From: Azolla caroliniana
Taxonomy: Eukaryota > Plantae > Polypodiophyta
Length of the DNA: 64,000 nucleotides
NCBI GenBank assembly: GCA_043228905.1
Contig: JBHGNT010000017.1
Span: forward strand, 1,860,001 to 1,924,000
Reading direction: 5' to 3'
How positions within the stretch are numbered: position 1 is the stretch's first letter; every line of letters begins with the position of its first letter. Below are positions 24,656 through 37,250 of the stretch, piece after piece. A program made the position numbers and the translations under genes. The notes under the pieces were generated by a model that saw only the letters and a list, made by a program, of their open reading frames with translations, had not been told where the DNA came from and ran no database searches.

Positions 24656-26340
24656 TTACCGAGGGGGACGCGTGGCCTCCTTTGTGGCCGTGGTCGTGCC
24701 GTGAGACTCGGCGAAAGGGTTGCTTGGGGTATTTCCCTGGTACGGTCGTAGTCGGAATCCATTCACCCAGCTTTTGACTATTTCCTCGGCGAGGGTGCCG
24801 AGCTGGAACGTGTCGTTAAACTCGTCAATAATCCAGAAGGGGCCGGTCCATCGAAATCGTAACTTTCCTGGCATAGTACCGAGTCGCGTCTGGAAAACGA
24901 GGACCGGTTTGCTTATGGTCAGTTCTTGTTCCAATCCCTTCTGATGTCGGTCCACAAAGGCTTTTCGTTGGCGTTGGCGCTGTTCAAGTTGGGCCATGCT
25001 CGCTACTCGGTCCTCACCAAGTTCGAGGAGTTGTTCCAGCCTCAATTGTTCGGATTGGGCCTCGAGAAGTCGTGCTTTAACTTGCACTCGGAGACTTGGG
25101 ACTTGGAACTCGATGGGCATAACGGCTTCTAGACCAAAAGCCATCCAAAAGGGGGTGGATTGAAAGCTCGTTTTGAATGTCGTGCGGTAAGCCCACAGTG
25201 CACTTTGGAGCTTGTCATCCCAATTGGTGTGGTTCTCGTTGACGATCTTCTTCAGGATTGTTTGGAGAATTTTGTTAGTCATTCTGCCAATCCGTTTGCC
25301 TGCGGGTAGTATGGTGTGCTTTTCTTATGTACCATTGCGTAGTGAGTCGTAAGCTCGTGTATTATATGGTTTATAAAGTGCCCACCTTGGTCACTAACGA
25401 GCTCAATTGGACATCCATAACGGCACCATATATGTTCGTACACGAATTTGGCTGTGGACGCTGCCGTGTTGTCTCTTAAAGCCTTTGCCTCGACCCATTT
25501 TGTGCAGTAGTCTGTGGCGACGATGATATACTTATTACCGGTTCGGGCCGCGGCTGGTTTGAAGGGTCCCACAAAATCTAACCCCCATTTTTGAAATGGT
25601 TCCAATGGAAGAATGGGTTGGTGTGGCATTCGAGCTTGTTCCATCGCCTGTCCCAACCGTTGGCACAAGTCGCACTGTCGGCAGAACTCGTGGGCATCCT
25701 TTTTCGTTGTAGGCCACCATAACCCACTTTGCCATACTTTCCGTTCCGTGGACTCTCTGGCGTAGTGTCTGCTGGCGATTTCGAGGTGGGCCTCTTGGAG
25801 GATGGCCTTCTTCTTGAATTGTCGAATGGCCCGACGCCATAGTCCGTCCGAGCCTTTGTGATAGAGGATGTCGGAAAGTAGACAAAAGTTGTGGCTATGT
25901 ATTGCGAGTCGTTTCCGTACATCGAGGGCCATGTGGTCGGGAGGCAAGCTAGTACTAAGGAAATGGTTCATCTCCGTGATCCATTCATCTTCTTTGTCGC
26001 CGGTTAGCGTTGCGAGATGAAATAAGTCGGCATCGGGTAGATCATCATACGTGGGCTCGGCAGGGTCTTCGGACTCGAGGCGGCTTAGGTAATCGGCGAC
26101 AACGTGTTGAACTCCGGGTCGATGCTGTATATGAAAATCAAACTCTTGTAATAGGAGCATCCATCGAGCAAGTCGACCTATCAGGGCTTGTTTATTAACC
26201 AGGTAGAGGAGGACCGAGTGATCGACGTGAAAGGTGAATTTTCGGCCTAAGAGGTAATGCCGAAATTGACTGATGTTGTAGATCATACCGAGGGCCTCCC
26301 GTTTGGTGGTTGAATAGTTCTTTTCCGCGGCCGAGAGACG
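24656..26340 (-). pseudogene. Element A RNase H C-terminus + integrase
   Basis: RLARWMLLLQEFDF, His/Cys Zn-binding region (..HY..CRQCDLCQR), WGLDFVGPF, VSDQG, PQANGLAE, RWTGPF. No chromodomain. Confidence 0.92.
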
Positions 26341-27535
26341 TCAGCTAGCATAATACACTGGCCGATACCAATTTGGGGGCGTGCATTGCATCAGTGCGCT
26401 CCCGATGGCAATATCTGATGCGTCCACAAAGACGTGAAAAGGTTTCGACCATCTCGGGGGCTGTACAATTGGGGCATGCGAGAGCATTAATTTCAATCCT
26501 TGGTAAGCCTCGTCCTCGATTGAAGTCCATTGAAAGGGGAGTCGATGCACCGCCGCGTGTAGTGTTGTCGCGAAATCGGCCAGGTGGCGTATCATCCAAC
26601 CGTGCCATCTGATTTGTCCCAGAAATCGGCTGAGGCCTTTTGCGTTCGAGGGTGTCGGGGCTTTTAGGATGGCTTGTACTTTATCCGGGTCCATGGTGAT
26701 ACCTTCTTCACTGACGATGTGTCCGAGTAGGTTGTCGCTTGTGACCAAGAACACACACTTTGCCGGGTTTAAACTTAACCGAGCTTGGCGACATCGATAA
26801 AGACAGAGGCGTAACTGGGTCATGTGTTCCAGTCGCTGACCATATACGGCAAAGTCGTCGAGAAAGACTTGCATGAACGCCGAGATATACTCGTTAAAAA
26901 TTTCGGTGATGATGCGTTGGAACGTGGCCGACGTTGTTTTTAAACTGAACATCATGACTTCTGCCACGAAAACACCCCATTCCGTGACAAATGTTGTTTT
27001 CTCTTGATCATCCGGGTGCATTCTGATTTGGTTGTACCCACTAAACCCGTCTAGAAAGCTGTAGCATTCGTGACTTGCCACCGTGTCGAGAACACTATCC
27101 GTGAATGGGAGAGGGAATCCATCTGTGACCGTTGCAGCATTAAGCTTGCAGTAGTCCACACAGACTCAGATTTTCCCGTTTTTCGTGGGGACGACTATGA
27201 TTGGGCTTAACCATGTGGTGCATTTTACCGGTCGTATGAACCCGACTCGGAGGAGCTTGTCTATTTCTTCCTTGACCTTAGCCGCATAATTGGGGTTCAT
27301 CCGGTATCGTCTTTGTTGAACCGGCCGAGCGTCCGGGAGAAGGTGGATCTGGTGTTGGTAGTATTGTGGGTCCAAACCCTTCATATTCGTGTAAGACCAT
27401 GCGAATACATCCTAGTAATCGGTGAGTAAGTGGATGAGGGCTGCTCGTTCGCCGGCTGGTAAGTTATTAGCAATCTGTAGGGTCTGAGGGGTCTCGTCCG
27501 AACCGAGGTTCAGTGTTTCGAGTGTTGATGCCTTC
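26341..27535 (-). pseudogene. Element A reverse transcriptase / RNase H N-terminus
   Basis: LDGFSGYNQI, VFLDDF, FHVFVDASD. Interrupted upstream by element B. Confidence 0.92.
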
Positions 27536-28229
27536 ACGCTGTCGAGGTATTCCTCGCGGATGCGTGGAATGAGGCGGGACCTCGGGGGTCTTGTACCGAA
27601 GAGCAAGAGAGAAAAGAAAAGAGACCCACTACGTGCGAGAGTAGATTCACAGGGACACGACCCTTCGAAACAAAGACGCGAGTGGGGCAGCGACACAGAG
27701 AGACACGAATGTATGTATGTATTAACAAAGATAGACAACAAAATGTGAAGTCGGTTACAACCGAACAGGCCGGCGAACAGATGCCGATACCTGTTCGTAA
27801 ACGCTCAGAAAGGAAGGAGTAGGTTGGAGGTGCTGCCGGAAGCACTCGGGCATTCCTCAGAGCAGCGCGAGCCTCCCGAAACCTGCACAGAAGGAAGCTA
27901 TGGAGTTTGCGAACCAGAGAGAGAGAGAAGCCTTCGCACACAAACCGACAACACTTCGTCCTCGACTCTCCACGATCCTTCGCCCCTCCTCGTCTCCCTC
28001 CCTTTATAGGTAAGGAAGGAGCCGTTTCCCCTTTTCTTCCTACCTACCGAATCTACCTAGGATCTCCTATGTACAACTTAAGGCGCACGTGCATGAAGAG
28101 TCGGTTTCTACGCTCCGGTGCACCGATTCCGCTCGTGGACGGTTTTCTTCACGACATCCGCCCCCACCTAACCGCGCATCCACCGGCATGCGCCAAATTG
28201 TGCTGGGACGGAGAAAACCAGTCCAGCCT

Positions 28230-30870
28230 TCATCCTCCGCCCGTCGGTTCTTCCTCGGTTTCGGATCGCTCGTCGTCGTGGTCCAAGTCAACCGGATCCG
28301 GCTCGTCGTTGTGACGCTTCTTGAACGCTTTGACCCGCTTCCCAGCTACCGGTATCGTCATTCTCGTGCCGTCGAGTTCTGCCAGATGGTACGTCCCGTT
28401 GTCGTTGGCGCTTTGTACCACGTAAGGCCCGAACCACCTTCTTGCGAACTTCCGTGTCGCTCGGTGCTAGTTGTCGAGGCTGCTGTCGTAGACTAGCACC
28501 CAGTCGCCTTCCTCGATCTTCTTCGGTCGGAGCCGGCGCGTCCGGTCGAACCGGGCTTTGTTCCTCGTCCTGGCCACCCGAAGCCTTTCCGCAGCCTGCT
28601 CCACGTCCTCCGGTCTTCGCTCGAGCTGCCGTATACGCGCCGCCAGCAGTTCCTCCCGGCTCATCTCGTCTCTCCAGTCCACGGTTGCCCATGAGGAGAT
28701 CGTACGTTCCATCGGCATGATCGGCTTTTGCCCAAACATGAGCTCTGCCGGCATGAATCCGGTTACCGAACTGTGCGTAGTTCGGTCCGCCCACAACGCG
28801 TAAGGCAGCAGCCGCGGCCAGTTCCCGACTTGATCTCCGCATGCCCGAACTAACGCCTTGACGATCGGTCCGTGTCCGCGCTCCACCTTCCCATTCGCCT
28901 CCGGATTGTATGCAGTGGTAAGCGAGAGCTTGACTTCTAGCCGGTCGAACAACTCCTCGGCCTCTTCGGCGTCCAACTCCCCACGATCAGCCACGATCTT
29001 CCCGACGCACCCATACCGGCATATCATGTCCTCGATCAGGAACCGACATACGGCCGCGGTCGTTTTGTTCTGAAGGGCCCGGCCTTCCACTTGGTTCGTC
29101 AGATCTTCTCGAGCCAGGACCAGATACTGCATCTGTCCTACGCCCATCGGCATCGTCACCAGATCTACCATCCATTTGAAGTGGATGGTCGGAGGGTACG
29201 TAGGGTGAAGCTCGTCCTGATGCCGGACTATGGAGTGCATCTGACAGCTCTCGCAAGTTGTCACGAACCGATGCACGTCCCGGTACAGTCCCGGCCACCA
29301 GTACTTCCCCTTTATCTTCTCGAACGTGGCCCACGTTCCACGGTGTCCGGCCCAAGGGCTGTCGTGGTAGCCCGTCAGCAGCTCCTCCTGTTCTTCCTTC
29401 ATCGCCACCACCCGGAGCGGGACGCCGTTCCTCTTCTTCGGGTGCTTCCATAAGTATCCGTCCCGGAGAAAGAATCGGTATGCTTTCTTCCGGATCCGGT
29501 TGGCCTCGTCCTTCGTCCATGACGCATCCGGCGTCATTGTCCTAAAAAATCCACCGATTTGGAGCCACTCGCCGTCGTACTTGCTCTCGTCGAAGTCGTT
29601 AAGTGCCGGAGTGCTCGTCCCATCGGTCGTTACGTACGCTGCCTCGAAGAAGTCCACGCCGACTTCTTCGTCCTCCGAAACCATGCCGCCCTCGTCATCA
29701 AACCTTGCCCTCGAAAGCATGTCGGCCATGGCGTTGTCCTTTCCGGAAATGTGCCGTATTTCCGGGTCCAGGGACTTGATGTACGCTATCCACCGGAGCA
29801 TCACTAGGTCCGGTGTCGCGAATCCGGAAACCATGCCGAGAATCGGCAGGCAATCCGTCTCGATAACCACTTCTGTCCCGATCAGGTAGTCTTTGTCGGC
29901 CTTTACTGCCGAAACGATACCCCAGAGTTCGCGTTTAACCTGGGCGTACCCTCGCTGTCGTTCACTGAGAACCTTCGCGCCGAATCGGATCGGGAACCGA
30001 ATGCCGTTCTTGTCCTCTTGGTTGACGACCCATCCGATCCCGGTCGGACTTGTATCCATTGTTATGTATACCGGGGTACCCTTCCCGTAGACAACCTTCG
30101 GGAGCGCCGGTGCTGCCGCAAGAGCTTCCTTCAGCTTCCGGACCGACTCCGTGTGCTCGTCTCGCCACTCGAACTTTCGCCCTTTCTTTAGCAACCCGTA
30201 TAGCGGCTCCGCAACGTGGGCGTAATGCGGGATCCATATGTGGTAGAACGCGCATGCCCCCAGGAACCTCCGAACTTCCGTAACCGAGCTACAATCGGTC
30301 TTCATCGCGGAGATGGCTTCTACCTTTGCCGGAGACGGCTTCCGGCCATAAGGTCCACATAGGTGTCCGACCACCAGGATTTCCGATTGCCCGAAGGCCG
30401 ATTTCTCCCCGGAGAAGGTGAGCCTCGCATCCTCTAGCCTATGTAGCACCTTCTCGCAGTCGTCGATGTGTGTCGCCACGAATCGCCGGCATCCGTCCGG
30501 CCCGACTGTCTCGTCCTTCTCCTCCACCGGGCACCCCTTGATCGGGATGTCGTCTAGAAATGGCATGGTGATGTCCGGGATGCAATCCCTCAGTACCTTG
30601 TTCATCGCATTCACCATGTGGGCTACCGAGTTGGTCCCTCCTTGTGGCAGGGCACACATTCACACTGGGCCGAGGGGGGTTCGCATCGTCGTAATGTCTC
30701 TGCTCTCCACGGCTAGCTAGAACTGGTCGTACCCCGAGTACAGATCACCGACCGAGTAAATCGACCTTCCGGCGAAGGCCTCCGCGAACTCGTCTATGGT
30801 CGGACCGATTCCTGCGTTCCGAATGGTCACTCTGTTGACCGGCTGCAGGTCCTGAATGAAGCGCAATGTT
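28230..30870 (-). pseudogene. Element B pol, 3' part (RT-RNase H-integrase) with premature stops
   Basis: LPQGGTNS, PFLDD, TDCLP, WMVDLV, VADRG, NGKVERGH. Closely similar to the pol of C. Confidence 0.93.
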
Positions 30871-31608
30871 CCGTTGTCGTGAAGAAAACCGCCCACAAGA
30901 GGAATCGGAGGAACAAGGCGTGGGAAACGGCTCTACACACACACGCGCGCCAAGAAGTACCTAAGGACGAAGTAGGTACATACGAGGATCCTAGGAGGGT
31001 AGATTCGGTTGGTATGCAGTTAATGCCAAACGGGCTCTTGACGGGCTATAAAAAGGAAGAGGAAGAATAGAAGTGGGGTATCTCCCGCGGAGAGGACGAA
31101 GTGCTGCCGAACCGATTTCGGAGCTTCTCTCTCACTCCTGCTCTCTCTGTCTTCTGCTCCATCGCGTACCTGTGCAGGTTTCGAGGAGGCTTGCGCTGTT
31201 CCGTGGAACGCCCCGAGTGCGTCCTGCAGCACCTCCGACCTGTTTTCCCTTTCTGTGCGTCGCGACATACAGGGGTCGGCATCTGTTCGCCGCCCTGTTC
31301 GTTTTCGTTAGTATCTATTTTGTGCCCCACCGTGGGTTGTAATACTTTAGTCTGTTATTTTCTTGCATCCATAAGTACATATCTCTCGTTGTTGCGTCCA
31401 TCTGCGTTGGCGTTTATTTGTGATCTCTGTTTGTTGGTCCGTGTCCCTGTGCAATCGTCGGTTCTGCGCAATCGGATCTTCGGTTCTGTGTATTCGGGTC
31501 TCTCTCTCTTACCTCTCTCTCTCTTGCTCTTCGGTTCGAGACCCCCGTGGTCCCTCCTCCTTTCTACACGCAAGGGCGTAGCAACCCCGACATCTTGGTG
31601 AACCCGAC

Positions 31609-33762
31609 GTGAAAGAGGCGGCAGAAGAGCAGAGGATGAGGGGGTCGGATCTCGCAGAGGCCATGGCTTCGGCCGTGGATCGGATTGTAAACGCGCGCGA
31701 GAGCACCGGTGCCCTCGACAGAGCTATTGAGGCGGTCGTCGGCACGATCGGCCGGTTCGATGGGAAGGATGCCACGAAGTATTTGGCGTCCTACGGTGCA
31801 GAGATGCTGATGCGGGACATTCCGGAAGAAAGGCGTCTTGCCGGATTTCCCCGAGTGGCGATGCCGAGCATCCATGCGGAGGTGCTCGAGGTGCGGACGG
31901 AGAGCCGTACCTGGGAGGAGTTCGAAGGTCGGCTCCTAGAGAAATACGGGCTGGACGACGCGCTCCGGCTTTCGAAGCGAAGGTTCATGGAATGGGTGGA
32001 GTCCCCGGGGAAGGGAAGAAACGCGTCGGCACTCCTCCGGGAGTTCGAGGAAAACTTTGCGCGCCTTTCGGCGCTCGACCGAACCATCCTGGACACGAGC
32101 CGGGTCTTGCTGTTTGTCAAGTCGGTCGACGAGCGGGATCGGGAGCACGTGGGCCTCTTGCTGGAAACCGAAGACGGGCTCACTACCGACTGGGCAGCTG
32201 TCAAGAAAGTCTGTGGCCGTTTCGACAAACGGCGAGAATGGGCGGATAACGGGGCGACCGGGTCGGGCTCGGTCGCAGCAAGGAAGCTCGAACCAGCGCC
32301 ACAGGTGCGCAAGGAAGAGACCCGGGAGTGGTTGGAAACCGGTTCGGCTTCGACCGGCGTAGTCAGAGGCTCAACCGGAGGAGCGGCGCTGGAGGAATTG
32401 ACGAAGGCGATAAAGGACCTCCAAATCGCGCAGGCCCGAAGGGAAGGAGGCGAACCGGCTCGTGACCGACGGCCGGCGGCAGGAAACAGGTGCATGTGGT
32501 GCGATGAAGTCGGCCACATTCGGAAGGACTGCGGCGACTTCGCGGAGGCGCTGAGGGACAGGGTGGTGTACCTGTGGGAAGGGCGGGTGCATGCCAGCGA
32601 CACCCGACGGGCCCTGAGCCGAAACGACGGGCGAGGCGGTATGAAAAGGGTGATGGAAGAGGCGGCGGCCCGACACGCGGAAACCGTCCACTACTCGGCG
32701 TCGGCCGGCATTCGAGTCGGGGGCGGCGAGGCCCGAAAGGAAAGTAAAGCCGGATTCTGGCCGACGATGCTGGAAGGCCTTGCCGGTACAGGGCTTAAAA
32801 GGGAGGAATCGGACCGTGCGGAGAAACGGGTACGGGAGATGACCGGGTGGAGCGACCCGGTCGAGGAAAAGACGGGCTTCGTGGAAGCCGCTTGCCGGAA
32901 CTACGAGGCTCTGGTAGAAGAGAAGCGGGTGGGGAAACCCGGGACGACCGGGCCCTCACAACGATACGAGACCCGGTCCGGGCCACGACGGGACGAAGCC
33001 GGCGGGGCCGGTACGCAAGATAAACCCCAGAAGGGCGGGTACCGTCTGGGGACGGAGATAGAAAGAACCACGGACTTACGAAAGGTCCTGGAGGAACGGA
33101 TCCTCGACAGCAAGGTGGAGCTGTCGTTACGAGAGGTGCTGGGAATCGCCAAGAAGGAGTTCCACGACTCCATCGTGGACTTGGTGAAACGGAAGAGGCT
33201 GTCAACGGAGACAGAACCGGAAAGACCGGTGGAAGTGCGGACGACGCACCTAGACGACATGGCGCTGGGAGACGAGTGGGCGGAAAGCCACTATTCGAGA
33301 CCGCACTGGGCCCGAGCGACCACGGAAACCCCGGTAAAGATCGGCGATGTCCAGGAACCGGTAGTAGCTTTGGTGGACCACGGATCGGAAATCAACCTGA
33401 TGTCCATGGACTTCTATAAGAAGGGCAAATGGCCGATCAACACCAAGCACGGGTGGAAGATAAGGGCGGCGACGCGCGCCACCGAGGAACTTCACGGGGC
33501 CTGCCCGAATGTACGGGTCAAGATCGGCGATGTCGAGATAGACCAGCACTTCTTCGTGCAGGAGTCGTCATCGCACCCCGTCATACTGGGAGAGCCGTAC
33601 ATCACGGCGGCTCGAATGGAGACCAAGGTGCTGGACAACGGTTCGGCCTATGCGCGGGTCAAGAGCCAGGACGGGCGCCATTCGGTCCAGTTTTTGACGG
33701 TCAGGCCGAACCACGAGCGTAACCGCGACTCCCTCGGCTCCGATAACCGAGAGGATTTTTAG
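31609..33762 (+). CDS. Element C Gag-protease
   Basis: Zn knuckle CMWCDEVGHIRKDC and aspartic protease ALVDHGSEINL..ILGEP. The true start may be the ATG at 31636. Confidence 0.92.
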   Translation: MKEAAEEQRMRGSDLAEAMASAVDRIVNARESTGALDRAIEAVVGTIGRFDGKDATKYLASYGAEMLMRDIPEERRLAGFPRVAMPSIHAEVLEVRTESRTWEEFEGRLLEKYGLDDALRLSKRRFMEWVESPGKGRNASALLREFEENFARLSALDRTILDTSRVLLFVKSVDERDREHVGLLLETEDGLTTDWAAVKKVCGRFDKRREWADNGATGSGSVAARKLEPAPQVRKEETREWLETGSASTGVVRGSTGGAALEELTKAIKDLQIAQARREGGEPARDRRPAAGNRCMWCDEVGHIRKDCGDFAEALRDRVVYLWEGRVHASDTRRALSRNDGRGGMKRVMEEAAARHAETVHYSASAGIRVGGGEARKESKAGFWPTMLEGLAGTGLKREESDRAEKRVREMTGWSDPVEEKTGFVEAACRNYEALVEEKRVGKPGTTGPSQRYETRSGPRRDEAGGAGTQDKPQKGGYRLGTEIERTTDLRKVLEERILDSKVELSLREVLGIAKKEFHDSIVDLVKRKRLSTETEPERPVEVRTTHLDDMALGDEWAESHYSRPHWARATTETPVKIGDVQEPVVALVDHGSEINLMSMDFYKKGKWPINTKHGWKIRAATRATEELHGACPNVRVKIGDVEIDQHFFVQESSSHPVILGEPYITAARMETKVLDNGSAYARVKSQDGRHSVQFLTVRPNHERNRDSLGSDNREDF

Positions 33763-36700
33763 AGAGGGCTGTCAAGGCGTGGGGCCGCGACAGTCCGGAC
33801 ACCCCGGGAAAACCCCACACCTGTACGATAAAACCGAAGAAACCTTGTACCATAGGTAGGGAATTTTTGTTCTCCGGCAGCGGAGCGTGCACGATAGTCG
33901 GCATCGGCGGCCGAGAAAAGACAAAGGCGGAGGGGAGACTTCGAGCGTGCGGAGTTCTCGGCCCTGACGAGGAAATCAACGGAGCCGTGGAGGCGGTCTC
34001 ATTCGACGACACCTTGGGAATGCTGGGAAAGGTAGTCAAAGAAGGCCTTAACGAAGACCGGACGATACCGGTGTGTTCCGAGGAGATGTACGGAGTCATC
34101 GCGGACTTCGGTCGAGGGCTCGAGTCAGTTCGGACGGCCCACGTAAGCACCAAGTACAAGACTGTGGACTGGAAGGTAAGGCCAGTCGCGGCACCCTTAC
34201 CGGAGGACAGCGCGTCGAGAATCAAAGGGGTTGCATCGGACCCTAGTCTACGAGATCCGGCCTGCATAGGACACACCTTCACCGACGAGACGCTCCGAGA
34301 GCTCAAAATCGGTGGGGGCGGGTTCCTACTGCCGGCGGAGGAAGACCGGTTTCGGGGAATGCTCGGAAGGCACGGGAAAGCCTTCGCATTCTCTCCGGAG
34401 GAAATCGGGTGCGTTAACCCGACGATCGTGGAGCCGATGGTGATATTCACGGTACCGCATGTACCATGGAATCTCAAGCCAATCCCGGTGCCGAGAGCTC
34501 ACATCCCGAAGTTGATGGAGCTGCTGAGGCAGAAAGTTGATATGGGGATTCTCGAGCCGTCGAGCGCCCCATATTCGAATCGATGGTTTACCGTACCGAA
34601 GAAAAACGGTTCGTTGCGCTTCATCCAGGACCTGCAGCCGGTCAATCGAGTGACCATTCGGAACGCAGGGATCGGACCGACCATAGACGAGTTCGCGGAG
34701 GCCTTCGCCGGAAGGTCAATTTACTCGGTCGGGGATCTATACTCAGGGTACGACCAGTTCCAGCTAGCCGTGGAGAGCAGAGACATTACGACGATGCGAA
34801 CTCCCCTCGGCCTAGTTCGGATGTGTACACTGCCGCAAGGAGGGACCAACTCGGTGGCCCACATGGTGAATGCGATGAACAAGGTTCTGAGGGACTGTAT
34901 CCCGGACATCACCATGCCGTTTCTGGACGACATCCCGATCAAGGGATGCCCGGTGGAAGAAAGGGACGAGACGATCGGGCCGGACGGATGCCGGCGATTC
35001 GTGGCGACGCACATCGACGACTGCGAGAAGGTGCTGCAAAGGCTAGAGGATGCGAGACTCACCTTCTCCGGGGAGAAGTCGGCCTTCGGGCAGTCAGAAA
35101 TCATGGTGGTCGGACACCTGTGCGGACCATATGGCCGGAAACCGTCTCCGGCAAAGGTAGAAGCCATCTCCGCGATGAAGCCCGACTGCAGCTCGGTCAC
35201 GGAAGTACGGAGATTCCTGGGGGCATGCGCGTTCTACCACATATGGATCCCGCATTACGCACACCTCGCGGAGCCACTGTACGGGTTGCTGAAAAAGGGG
35301 CGAAGGTTCGAATGGCTAGACGAGCACGCGGAATCGGTCCGGAAGCTGAAAGAAGCCCTTGCAGCGGCACCGGCACTCCGGAAGGCGGTATACGGGAAGG
35401 GTACCCCGGTATTCATAACGGTGGATACCAGTCCGACCGGGATCGGATGGGTCGTGAACCAGGAAGACGAGGACGGCAATCGGTTTCCGATCCGATTCGG
35501 CGCGAAAGTCCTCAGTAAACGGCAACGAGGATACGCCCAGGTTAAACGCGAACTCTGGGGTATTGTTTCGGCGGTTAAGGTCGACAAAGACTACCTGATA
35601 GGGACAGAAGTGATCATCGAGACGGATTGCCTGCCGATTCTCGGTATGGTTTCCGGATGCGCGACTCCGGACCTGGCGATGCTCAGGTGGATAGCGTACA
35701 TCAAGTCCCTGGACCCGGAAATACGACACGTTGCCGGGAAAGACAACGCCATGGCCGACATGCTTTCAAGGGCAAGATTCGATGACGAGGGCGGCATGGT
35801 TTCGGAGGACGAAGAGGTCGGCGTGGACTTCTTCGAGACTGCGTATGTAACAACCGACGGAACAAGCACTCCGGCGCTTAACGACTTCGACGCGAGCAAG
35901 TACGACGGGGAGTGGCTGCAGATCGGTGGGTTTTTGAAGACAATGACGCCCGATGCGTCATGGACGAAGGACGAGGCCAACCGGATCCGGAAGAAAGCCT
36001 ATCGATTCTTTCTCCGAGATGGGCATTTGTGGAGGCACCCGAAGAAGAGGAACGGCGTCCCGCTCCGGGTGGTGGCAATGAAGGAAGAACAGGAGGAGCT
36101 ACTGGCGGCCTACCACGACAGCCCTTGGGCTGGTCACCGCGGAACGTGGGCGACATTTGAGAAGCTGAAGGAGAAGTACTGGTGGCCGGGATTGTACCGG
36201 GACGTGCATCGGTTCGTGTCAACTTGCGAGAGTTGTCAGATGCACTCGATAATCCGACACCGGGACGGGCTTCGCCCTACGTACCCCCCGACTATCCACT
36301 TCAAATGGATGGTAGATCTGGTGACGATGCCGATGGGGGTAGGACAGATGCGGTATCTGGTGCTAGCGCGGGAAGACCTGACGAACCAGGTGGAAGGCCG
36401 AGCCCTTCAGAACAAGACGACCGCGGCCGTGTGTCGGTTCCTGATCGAGGACGTGATATGCCGGTACGGGTGCGTCGGGAAGATCGTGGCTGACCGAGGG
36501 GAGTTGGACGCCGAGGAAGCCGCGGAGTTGTTCGATCGGCTGGGAGTCAAACTCTCGCTCACCACTGCATACAACCCGGAGGCGAATGGAAAGGTGGAGC
36601 GCGGACACGGGCCGATCGTTAAAGCGCTGGTTCGGGCATGCGGAGGCCAAGTCGGTAACTGGCCGCGACTTCTACCCTATGCTTTGTGGGCCGACCGGAC

Positions 36701-37250
36701 TACGCACAGTTCGGTAACCGGGTACATGCCGACAGAGCTCATGTTCGGCCAGAAGCCGATCATGCCGATGGAACGAACAATCTCCTCATGGGCAACGGTC
36801 GACTGGAGGGACGAGATGAGCCGGGAGGAGTTGTTGGCCGCGCGTATACGACAGCTCGAGCGGAGACCGGAGGACGTGGAGACGGCTGCAGAAAGGATCC
36901 GAGTGGCGAGGATAAAGAACAAAACCAGGTTCGACCAAACGCACCGACTCCGACCGAAGAAGATCGAACAAGGTGACTGGGTGCTCGTCTACGACAGCAG
37001 CCTCGACAACCAGCACCGAGCAACGCGGAAGTTCGCACGGAGATGGTTCGGGCCGTACACGGTACAGAGCGCCAACGACAACGGGACGTATCATCTGGCG
37101 GAACTCGACGGTACGAGAATAGCGATACCCGTGGCCGGGAAGAGGATCAAAGCTTTCAAGAAGCGGCACGACGACGAACCCGACCCGATTCTCCGGGACA
37201 ACAGCGACGACCGATCCGAGGCCGAGGAAGGGCCGGCAGGCGAAAAGTAA
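33753..37250 (+). CDS. Element C Pol (RT-RNase H-integrase) in the -1 frame relative to gag
   Basis: The frame is open from the GGATTTT site at 33753 to the stop at 37250. DLYSGYDQ, LPQGGTNS, PFLDD, RNase H TVDTS, HHCC and DDE integrase motifs. Confidence 0.93.
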   Translation, partial: GFLERAVKAWGRDSPDTPGKPHTCTIKPKKPCTIGREFLFSGSGACTIVGIGGREKTKAEGRLRACGVLGPDEEINGAVEAVSFDDTLGMLGKVVKEGLNEDRTIPVCSEEMYGVIADFGRGLESVRTAHVSTKYKTVDWKVRPVAAPLPEDSASRIKGVASDPSLRDPACIGHTFTDETLRELKIGGGGFLLPAEEDRFRGMLGRHGKAFAFSPEEIGCVNPTIVEPMVIFTVPHVPWNLKPIPVPRAHIPKLMELLRQKVDMGILEPSSAPYSNRWFTVPKKNGSLRFIQDLQPVNRVTIRNAGIGPTIDEFAEAFAGRSIYSVGDLYSGYDQFQLAVESRDITTMRTPLGLVRMCTLPQGGTNSVAHMVNAMNKVLRDCIPDITMPFLDDIPIKGCPVEERDETIGPDGCRRFVATHIDDCEKVLQRLEDARLTFSGEKSAFGQSEIMVVGHLCGPYGRKPSPAKVEAISAMKPDCSSVTEVRRFLGACAFYHIWIPHYAHLAEPLYGLLKKGRRFEWLDEHAESVRKLKEALAAAPALRKAVYGKGTPVFITVDTSPTGIGWVVNQEDEDGNRFPIRFGAKVLSKRQRGYAQVKRELWGIVSAVKVDKDYLIGTEVIIETDCLPILGMVSGCATPDLAMLRWIAYIKSLDPEIRHVAGKDNAMADMLSRARFDDEGGMVSEDEEVGVDFFETAYVTTDGTSTPALNDFDASKYDGEWLQIGGFLKTMTPDASWTKDEANRIRKKAYRFFLRDGHLWRHPKKRNGVPLRVVAMKEEQEELLAAYHDSPWAGHRGTWATFEKLKEKYWWPGLYRDVHRFVSTCESCQMHSIIRHRDGLRPTYPPTIHFKWMVDLVTMPMGVGQMRYLVLAREDLTNQVEGRALQNKTTAAVCRFLIEDVICRYGCVGKIVADRGELDAEEAAELFDRLGVKLSLTTAYNPEANGKVERGHGPIVKALVRACGGQVGNWPRLLPYALWADRTTHSSVTGYMPTELMFGQKPIMPMERTISSWATVDWRDEMSREELLAARIRQLERRPEDVETAAERIRVARIKNKTRFDQTHRLRPKKIEQGDWVLVYDSSLDNQHRATRKFARRWFGPYTVQSANDNGTYHLAELDGTRIAIPVAGKRIKAFKKRHDDEPDPILRDNSDDRSEAEEGPAGEK

